Shown here: piece after piece, positions 1 through 6,587 of the stretch | Numbering within the stretch: the stretch's first letter is position 1 | How the letters are laid out: each line of letters begins with the position of its first letter | NCBI GenBank assembly: GCA_964534375.1 | Contig: CAZHPN010000170.1 | Location: forward strand, 1-12,909 | Direction: 5' to 3' | Length of the DNA: 12,909 nt | Source of the DNA: an uncultured bacterium | GTDB lineage: Bacteria; Lernaellota; Lernaellaia; Lernaellales; Lernaellaceae | Notes under the pieces: generated by a model | What the model was told of the DNA's origin: nothing | The model's input: the letters and a program-made list of their open reading frames with translations, nothing else | Databases searched by the model: none | Position numbers and translations under genes: made by a program

Positions 1-10
1 TGCGCCATTT

Positions 11-154
11 GAAGCATCGCCGCTCTTAATCCTAAAGCCTATGCCCTGTGTCGGGCGGGGCGCGGCCACGCCGGGCGTGGCCGGCGGAGAGGTCTGCGCG
101 GAGAAAGAATTAGGCGGCAAATACGCTTCTCGAAGCATCGCTGCTCTTGATCCT
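11..154. repeat. Imperfect 23-bp direct repeat (11-33 and 132-154, period 121 bp) flanking a GC hairpin (63-83)
   Basis: GAAGCATCGCCGCTCTTAATCCT (11-33) vs GAAGCATCGCTGCTCTTGATCCT (132-154) = 21/23 identical; 26/33 when extended to 1-33 vs 122-154. Inverted repeat CGGCCACGC-CGG-GCGTGGCCG at 63-83. Confidence 0.75.
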
Positions 155-175
155 GCATGAACGCGGCGCCGCTTC

Positions 176-1915
176 CTACGGCGCTTCTACCGGCGCGCGC
201 CAACGCCCAACGTTGCCGGCGCGATCGCGCGCGACGACCACCGCCTCGCCGCCGCCGCGGTCGAGCACGGCTGTCGCCTGCCCCGTGTGCGGCTCGAAAT
301 CGACCACGCGGCGTTCGTCGCCCTGCCAGACCTGCACGGCGTCCGCGTCAACGCCGGTCAAATCGTCGGCGACCGTGAACGACACGCGGCCATCGGGCAG
401 GCGCCGCCAATTTTCGACCGTCGGCGGCTGTTCGTCGCGCACCAGGCAGAACACGCCGAACTCCAACGACTCGCCGCGCACGGAGCGCGACGCCCCATCG
501 ATCGCCGCGCCCAGAAATTGCGCGCCGGACGGGCCGACGCGCATGACGGCGAGTTTCCCCGGCGCGGGCTCGTCGGCCGCGTAGCGGAAGCGCACGCCGA
601 ACGGCTGGCGGACCGGCGAACCGGGGTCGGCGACGGCGTAGCATTCGCCGACCGCGCCGGCGATCGGCTCGGCGGGGCGAATCGACAGGCGCAACGGTTC
701 GAAGAAGCTGTTTTCGCCGCCTTCGAGCGCGAACCGGCCTTGCGCGATTTCGACCGTCTGGCTGTTGAACAAGGCGGCGTCGCCCGCGCCGCGCGGCCAC
801 GGCCGTTTTTCGGGCGCGGCGGTCTTGTCGACGACGATGGTGAAAGCAACGCGGCGGCTCAGGCCGGCGGCGTCGGCGGCGACGACTTCCACCTTGTGCA
901 GCCCGGGCGCAAGCCGGTCGAACGTGCCGGCGTCGGCGCCGCTGAAGAACGGAATCTCGACCGGATACGGGTTGTACAGCCGCAGGAACCGCCGGCGCGT
1001 GCGCGGCTCCAGATCGAATTGCACGAGCGACAGCCGCTTGTCCGTCCAACTGAAGCGCTCGTACGTCGTGGCAAAAAACGGCCGGCCGTCGACAATCGCT
1101 TCGAGGCGATACGGCGTGAGGACCGGGCCCGCGGGCGCGTGCTTGTCGGACGCATCGACGGCCAACCCGACACGGCCTTTCACGCGCACGGTCGCCGCGG
1201 CCGATCGCCCGAAACGCAAGGTCTTGGCTGCCGCGCGCCCGTCCACCGTGGCGTCGGGATCGATCGGCACGAAGAGCACCGCCGCGATCGTCGGCGCAAC
1301 CGTGTCCTTCACCGGAAAGCCGTTGGTCAGCGGGTTCAGGTTGACCTTGTCGTCCTGCCGCAGCTCGAAGTGCAGGTGCGGCGTGGTCGTGCCCGACCGG
1401 CCGCCGAACGCGATCGTCTCGCCGCGACGAATCGGGATCGGCTCTTCCCAATCTTCGGCGTAGTAGTCGATGCGCTGCAGGCCCGTTCGCGCGCGGATTT
1501 CGGCGGCCAGCTTCTCGAAGCGCGGGCTGAAGTGATCGAGGTGCGCGTAGACGGCCACTTTTCCGCCGGCCATGCGCACGTACAGCGCGTTGCCGTAGCC
1601 GACGTGCGAGGTGCGCAGCCGCAGCAGGGCGCCGTCGGCGACCGAGACGATCGGCACGACGCCGACGCGGCCGAACAACGAAATGTCGACGCCGGCGTGC
1701 GGGTGATCTTCTCGTTTTTCGCACATGACGCCCGTGATTTTGGGCGGCACACCATGGACGGGCCACAGGTACGCCGTGGCGTCGGCGGCGTAGGCGGCCG
1801 CCGCGAGCAGCAAGGCGAGAACCGCGCCGAACGCCGCCTGCACGGCGCGCGCCCGCCACGGCGAGGCGTTTGGTTTCTCTCGTTGGCGCGTCGGCAAAAT
1901 CGTTCCGTCCGGCAA
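176..1915 (-). CDS. Secreted M23-family Zn metallopeptidase (peptidoglycan DD-endopeptidase-like) with long C-terminal beta-sandwich extension
   Basis: HxxxD (HPHAGVD), GYGNALY, VYAHL, G..G.T..PHLHFELR and NPL motifs of M23 are all intact; hydrophobic signal peptide ending AYA. Start uncertain: TTG 1915, TTG 1897 or GTG 1843 are all in frame. Stop TAG at 176-178. Confidence 0.9.
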   Translation of the reverse strand: MPDGTILPTRQREKPNASPWRARAVQAAFGAVLALLLAAAAYAADATAYLWPVHGVPPKITGVMCEKREDHPHAGVDISLFGRVGVVPIVSVADGALLRLRTSHVGYGNALYVRMAGGKVAVYAHLDHFSPRFEKLAAEIRARTGLQRIDYYAEDWEEPIPIRRGETIAFGGRSGTTTPHLHFELRQDDKVNLNPLTNGFPVKDTVAPTIAAVLFVPIDPDATVDGRAAAKTLRFGRSAAATVRVKGRVGLAVDASDKHAPAGPVLTPYRLEAIVDGRPFFATTYERFSWTDKRLSLVQFDLEPRTRRRFLRLYNPYPVEIPFFSGADAGTFDRLAPGLHKVEVVAADAAGLSRRVAFTIVVDKTAAPEKRPWPRGAGDAALFNSQTVEIAQGRFALEGGENSFFEPLRLSIRPAEPIAGAVGECYAVADPGSPVRQPFGVRFRYAADEPAPGKLAVMRVGPSGAQFLGAAIDGASRSVRGESLEFGVFCLVRDEQPPTVENWRRLPDGRVSFTVADDLTGVDADAVQVWQGDERRVVDFEPHTGQATAVLDRGGGEAVVVARDRAGNVGRWRAPVEAP

Positions 1916-1916
1916 T

Positions 1917-1945
1917 TTGATGAAAGGTTATATTAATGCTAACTT
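1917..1945 (+). promoter_or_regulatory. Putative sigma70 promoter of carD (-35 TTGATG, 17-bp spacer, extended -10 TGcTAACTT)
   Basis: TTGATG 1917-1922, TG 1937-1938, TAACTT 1940-1945, inside a strongly AT-rich island; RBS AGGGAG 1959-1964 precedes ATG 1970. Confidence 0.55.
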
Positions 1946-1969
1946 CTTTCTGTTTACCAGGGAGCGTGC

Positions 1970-2458
1970 ATGTTTAAAAAGGGCGACACCGTCGTTTACC
2001 CCGTCTACGGGGTCGGGATCATCGAGGGCATCGAAAAGAAGGCGATCGCCGACCACGTCTACACCTTTTTCATGCTGCGCATCGTGGAAACCGATTACAC
2101 GATCATGATCCCGATGGAGAATGCCGAGAAGGTCGGCTTGCGGCTGCCGGCCGACAAGAAGACGGCGGCCAAGGTCTGGAAGATCTTGCGCGACGTTTCT
2201 TCGCCGCCGGACACGCAGACCTGGAATCGGCGGCAGCGCGATTACAACGACAAGATCAAAACCGGCGATCTGCAGCAGCTCGCCATCGTCCTGCGCGATC
2301 TGTACCTCCTGGCGCAAAAGAAGGAACTGTCGTACGGCGAACGCAAGATGATGGAGACGGCGCGCAACTTGTTGGTCGGCGAACTGGCGGCCGCCGTCCG
2401 CGAAAAGCCGGAAAAGATCATCGCCAAGATCGAAGCGATTTTCCAAGAACCCAAATGA
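1970..2458 (+). CDS. carD: CarD/CdnL family RNA-polymerase-binding transcription regulator (162 aa)
   Basis: N-terminal FKKGDTVVYP..GVG.I..IE RNAP-interaction domain, IMIP...A..VGLR, conserved Trp motif TWNRR..Y..KIKTGD, ELSYGERKM...ARNLLVGELA; good RBS. Confidence 0.95.
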   Translation: MFKKGDTVVYPVYGVGIIEGIEKKAIADHVYTFFMLRIVETDYTIMIPMENAEKVGLRLPADKKTAAKVWKILRDVSSPPDTQTWNRRQRDYNDKIKTGDLQQLAIVLRDLYLLAQKKELSYGERKMMETARNLLVGELAAAVREKPEKIIAKIEAIFQEPK

Positions 2459-2508
2459 CGCCCCAGCCGCCGCCGGCGCCGATTTTTCCGCTGAAAGGAG
2501 TCCGTTCG

Positions 2509-3606
2509 ATGCGCGCACGTTTGCTCTTCGTCGTTTTCCTGCTGGCCTTGCCGCTCGCGGCGATGGCCGCCGGCATCCAGGTCTGGGCCAAACTCGACGG
2601 CGTGCCGAATTATTCGACCACGCTGCCCGACGCCATGTACGGCCAGAACTACGTGGACCGTTCGAGCTACGGCGAGGGTTGGTTCTGGCTGTCGTCGATG
2701 AGCGACGGCTCGTACTCGTTCTCCAATTTCATGATCAGCAATATCGGCTTCGGCAAGAACAAACCCACGGTGGACATGACCGTTTGGGAGCCGAGCGGGC
2801 AAACCTACACGGCGCGGCTGCCGTTCAAAGAAGGCGCGCTCAAGTCGGTCCCCGGCCGGATGGATCTCGCCATCGGGGAAAATCGCATTTCGGGCAGCTA
2901 CCCGAATTTCAGTTTCAAGGCGAGTGAAAAAGACGTGGCCATCGAGATGCAGTACCACGCGACGCTGCCGACGTTCACGATCAACAGCGGGCGCGTTGTT
3001 TACGGAAGCCCGGACGACTACTACTCGCTCTACGTCACGGCGCCGCGCGCCACGATCAGCGGGACGGTTCGCACGCCCAGCGGCACGCGCACGGTGACCG
3101 GCTTCGGCTACACCGATCACGGCATCGTGACGATGATGCCGTACGATTACTCGAAACGCTGGTTGACGCTGCGCTGCTTCGACCAGAAGTACACGCTCGA
3201 CATTTTGGAATTCACCGTCCCGAAAAAATGGGGCGGCGGGCGCGTGCCGTTGATCGTGTTCGGCGCGGGCGACAAGCTGGTGTACGGCGGCTCGCAATTC
3301 ACCTTGACGCCGACCGGCTGGCAAACGGAACCGAAGTACGGCCAGAAGTATCCGTCGCGCGTCGACTTCCTCATCGACCGGCCGAACAAGGTCAAGGTCG
3401 AGGGCTTCTACACGTTCGACAAGCTGATGCACTCGGTCGATATGCTCAGCCAGCTCAGCACGTTCGAGCGGACCGTCGCCAAGTTCTTCGCCAAATCGTA
3501 CATCATGCGCTTCTTGTCGACGGTCGAGGGGACGGTGACCATGCCGGACGGCTCGACCGATACGTTCAAGACGCCGGCCGTCGCCGAGGTGCTGTATATC
3601 AATTGA
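2509..3606 (+). CDS. Secreted lipocalin-like double beta-barrel protein (AttH/CrtC/Svf1-like), 365 aa
   Basis: AAGGAG RBS at 2495-2500 before ATG 2509; Sec signal peptide MRARLLFVVFLLALPLAAMAA; YGEGWFW..SNFMISNIG, GFGYTDHG and W..EPKYG.KYP motifs resemble the AttH/Svf1/CrtC fold; aromatic/Thr-rich beta pattern. Confidence 0.65.
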   Translation: MRARLLFVVFLLALPLAAMAAGIQVWAKLDGVPNYSTTLPDAMYGQNYVDRSSYGEGWFWLSSMSDGSYSFSNFMISNIGFGKNKPTVDMTVWEPSGQTYTARLPFKEGALKSVPGRMDLAIGENRISGSYPNFSFKASEKDVAIEMQYHATLPTFTINSGRVVYGSPDDYYSLYVTAPRATISGTVRTPSGTRTVTGFGYTDHGIVTMMPYDYSKRWLTLRCFDQKYTLDILEFTVPKKWGGGRVPLIVFGAGDKLVYGGSQFTLTPTGWQTEPKYGQKYPSRVDFLIDRPNKVKVEGFYTFDKLMHSVDMLSQLSTFERTVAKFFAKSYIMRFLSTVEGTVTMPDGSTDTFKTPAVAEVLYIN

Positions 3607-3610
3607 CGTC

Positions 3611-6583
3611 ATGTCCGGTCGCCCGCTGACCCCGTTCCAGATGCGCCTGGCCTCGGCGCCGGGTTGCCGTCGGCTTGCCGTCAGCCCGCTCGCGGAGATG
3701 GCCTTTCGCTTCGGGGCGCGCTCGTCCCCGGCGTTGCGCGCCTTTTGGTCGGAGGCGTTCGCGCCCGCCGTCTTCGAAAACGTCGCGCCCGCCGGCGAGC
3801 AATGGTTCGGCGATTTCCGCTTTCGGCTCGTCAACGTCTGGATCGCCCAAGCGCTCGTCGGCCTGCGCCTCACGCTCGACGGCCGGCCGGTCAACCCGGC
3901 GCGCATCGACGTGGCCGCCGACGACGACCGCCGCTGCGCCGCGAATCTCGGCGAACTCGACTTTCCGGCCGATCAACCGTTGACCGTCACCGTGAGGGGC
4001 GCGCGGCTGCGCGACGGCCTGCACTTTCTCGGCGTCGAGTTGCGCGGCTCGCGCGCCCCGTGGCGCATCCCCGACGCGCCGCTCTTGATGACGGCCGGCC
4101 GCGGCGCGCTGTACTTCGGCCCGGCTGCCGCGCCCGCGCCCGGCGACCCGAGCAGCGCCGGCCCGCCGGCGCTGGTGCACATCGCGCCGCACCTGCTGGC
4201 CGACGTCGACTGGTTCGCCGACGAGTCGACGTTCCAAGCGCTGGCCGCCGGTTTCTTGCGGGCCGTTTTCCGGCAGTTGGACGCCGACCCTGCCGCCACC
4301 TTCGCCTTCGCCCAGCAGCCTGTTCTTGAAGCTTTCGCCGCGGCGGACCCGGCCGCCCTGCCCCGTCTGCAACAGTTCGTGCAGCGCGGGCAGGCCGAAC
4401 CGGTGATGAGCTTCTACGTCGAGCCTGCGGCTTGCCTGATCGGCGGCGAGTCGCTCGTGCGCCAGATCGTCGCCTGGCAAACGGTCTGCCGCGACGCCTT
4501 CGGCCGCGTCTGCGCCGTCGGCTGGGCCCCGCTCGCCGACGGCCTGCCGGCGACGCTGCCGCAACTGCTGCGGCAGGCCGGCGTCCTGGCCATCGCCTTT
4601 GCCCACGGCGCGCCCGACTCGCGCCCCGGCGATTTCATCTGGCAAGGCCTCGACGGCTCGCGCGTTCGCGCGCATCGCCTGCACACGCCCGCCGCCTGGC
4701 CGCTGCCGCGCGAACCGCGATCAGCCCGCGAAAAACTGAACCGGCTGGCCCGCCGTCTCGCGGCCGACCGGCCGGTCGGGCCGCTGCTCTGTCCAGCCGG
4801 TTCGCCGTTCGGCGAGCCGCTCGGCGCGCCTTCCGCGACTCTGGCGCCGGCCGGCGGCGAGACCGGCCGATTCGAATTTCGCGCCAGCTTGCCGTCGCGG
4901 TTCTTCGCCGATGCGCTGGACGAAGCCCTGCCGGTCGTCGGCGGCGAATACGTCCCGCAGGAAACGCCGCTGGCGCAGCCGTCGATCCGGCGGCTCCATC
5001 GCCAGGCGGAAGCGGCCGTGGCGGCGCTCGAACGCACGCCGTTGATCGTCGGCGACCCCGCGGACGCCGGCCGCGTGCAGATGGAGACCGAGGTCTGGGA
5101 TCTGCTGCTGCGCTGCCAGACGCGCACGGCCCTGGGCGGCGCGCATTCGGCCGCGGCCAGCGCCCGGCTGGCCGCGCGGCTGCGCCGCATTCGCGATCGC
5201 GCCGAGTTGGCGATCCAGACGAGCCTGCGCGGCTTCGCCGGCCGGGCGCGGCCGCTGCGCGACGCGGCGTATGTCGTCGCCATCGCCAACGCGCTCGGGT
5301 TTGCTCGCGAAGCGCTCGCGACCGCCGACCTGCCGGCGATCGCGGGTCGGCCGCCGGCGCTGTGCGACGGCGCCGTCGACCTGCCTTACCAAATCGTGAG
5401 CGCGGCGTACGGCCGCGACGGCGAATTGCGCTCGGTGCGCGCCGCGTTTGTCGCGGCGCTGCCGGCGCTCGGCAGCCGGCTGTATTGGACCCTCCCGGCC
5501 GACGGCGGCCGGCCGGCGGCGCCGGAACGCGCGAAAGCGCTCGCCGCCGATTGCCGCCTGTGGAATGGCTGGGTCACGGTGGATTTCGACCCCGCCAACG
5601 GCGCCATTCGCACGATCGAAGATCACGAACACGGGCACGTGCACGCGCCGGGCGACGCGGGCCTGCTGATTTGCCGGCGCGATCCGCACGATGACGGCGA
5701 CGAGGCGGATTCGCTCCGCGGCCGGCGCCACTTCTTCATCGCCGAGGGCCGCGAGATTCTCGAACATGGCCCGGTCCGCGCATCCCTGCGCTTCGTCGGG
5801 CGCGTCGGACCGCACCGCGCCCGCCTCGTTTATCGGCTGTCGCAGGCGAGCAAGACCCTCGAAGCCGAAGTGGAACTCGAGTGTCTGGAAAAATGCGGCG
5901 TCGCCGAGGTGCGGCTGCCGCTGCCGCCGGGCGTGGAGCCGTTGCAGTTCGAGATTCCCTATGGTTCCGCGGCGCGGAACGGCGGAATTTTCCCGCTGCT
6001 CAATTTCGTCGACGTGGCGGCCGCCGACGGCGGTCTCGCCGTGTTGAACGACGGCCTGGCCGGCTGCCGCGTGACGCGCCGCTATTTGCATCTGCGGCTC
6101 GCGGGCAGTCTGGATCGCCTGCGCCTGCTCGACGCGGGCCACGGCGCGCCGCTGACCGGCGTTTATTCCTTCCGCTACGGGTTGTTTCCGCACGCGAATT
6201 CCGCCGGCGAAGCGCGCGTCTACCGCCGCGGCCTCGATTTCAATTCACCGCTGCTGCTCTGGCAGGGACCGCCCGCCGCGGAGCAAAAACAACGCTCCGG
6301 GCCGGCGGCGCGCAGCCTGATCGCGTTGTCGCCCGATTCGCTCGAGGTCGGCGCGCTGCGCCGCGACGCGGCGGGCGGCTTCGAGTTGCGCCTCGTCGAA
6401 CGCTGCGGCGCGCCGGCGGCGGCGCGGCTGCGGCTGCGCGCGCGTTGGCGAAAAGTCGAGATCGTCGACCTGCTCGGCAATGTCCTTCACGAATTGAAAA
6501 CGCCGCGCTGGGGCAAACGCCGCGGCGAGATCGAACTTTCCTTCCGGCCGTTTGAAATCAAGACGCTGAAGTTTACGACGTGA
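3611..6583 (+). CDS. GH38 alpha-mannosidase-like protein (990 aa), probably catalytically inactive, with extra N-terminal domain
   Basis: GH38 scaffold motifs VHIAPH...D..W, GESLVRQI, LPQLL..AG, FIWQGLDGSRV..H, FEIPYG, GLAVLNDG, FRYGLFPH, LRLVE and C-terminal PFEIKTL are in the expected order; catalytic positions are substituted (see findings). Starts 4 nt after the upstream stop; alternative ATGs at 3641 and 3698. Confidence 0.85.
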   Translation: MSGRPLTPFQMRLASAPGCRRLAVSPLAEMAFRFGARSSPALRAFWSEAFAPAVFENVAPAGEQWFGDFRFRLVNVWIAQALVGLRLTLDGRPVNPARIDVAADDDRRCAANLGELDFPADQPLTVTVRGARLRDGLHFLGVELRGSRAPWRIPDAPLLMTAGRGALYFGPAAAPAPGDPSSAGPPALVHIAPHLLADVDWFADESTFQALAAGFLRAVFRQLDADPAATFAFAQQPVLEAFAAADPAALPRLQQFVQRGQAEPVMSFYVEPAACLIGGESLVRQIVAWQTVCRDAFGRVCAVGWAPLADGLPATLPQLLRQAGVLAIAFAHGAPDSRPGDFIWQGLDGSRVRAHRLHTPAAWPLPREPRSAREKLNRLARRLAADRPVGPLLCPAGSPFGEPLGAPSATLAPAGGETGRFEFRASLPSRFFADALDEALPVVGGEYVPQETPLAQPSIRRLHRQAEAAVAALERTPLIVGDPADAGRVQMETEVWDLLLRCQTRTALGGAHSAAASARLAARLRRIRDRAELAIQTSLRGFAGRARPLRDAAYVVAIANALGFAREALATADLPAIAGRPPALCDGAVDLPYQIVSAAYGRDGELRSVRAAFVAALPALGSRLYWTLPADGGRPAAPERAKALAADCRLWNGWVTVDFDPANGAIRTIEDHEHGHVHAPGDAGLLICRRDPHDDGDEADSLRGRRHFFIAEGREILEHGPVRASLRFVGRVGPHRARLVYRLSQASKTLEAEVELECLEKCGVAEVRLPLPPGVEPLQFEIPYGSAARNGGIFPLLNFVDVAAADGGLAVLNDGLAGCRVTRRYLHLRLAGSLDRLRLLDAGHGAPLTGVYSFRYGLFPHANSAGEARVYRRGLDFNSPLLLWQGPPAAEQKQRSGPAARSLIALSPDSLEVGALRRDAAGGFELRLVERCGAPAAARLRLRARWRKVEIVDLLGNVLHELKTPRWGKRRGEIELSFRPFEIKTLKFTT

Positions 6584-6587
6584 TCCG

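Noticed and set aside
1..154. CRISPR array
   Set aside because: Only two imperfect copies, separated by 98 bp that is itself structured; no cas genes in the window.
287..1936. 549-aa plus-strand ORF and the 503-aa alternative-frame minus ORF (348-1859)
   Set aside because: Shadow frames of the M23 gene in high-GC DNA; Arg/Ala-rich with no recognisable motifs.
2455..2508. Upstream ATG 2455 overlapping the carD stop as the start of the lipocalin-like gene
   Set aside because: ATG 2509 has a strong AAGGAG RBS and puts the signal peptide at the N-terminus.
2242..3906. 554-aa minus-strand ORF (and 1928-2518)
   Set aside because: Antisense to carD and the lipocalin-like gene, which have RBSs and family motifs.
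3611..6583. Calling the GH38-like gene a pseudogene or an active alpha-mannosidase
   Set aside because: No stops or frameshifts over 990 codons, so not a pseudogene; catalytic and Zn ligands are missing, so not safely an active enzyme.
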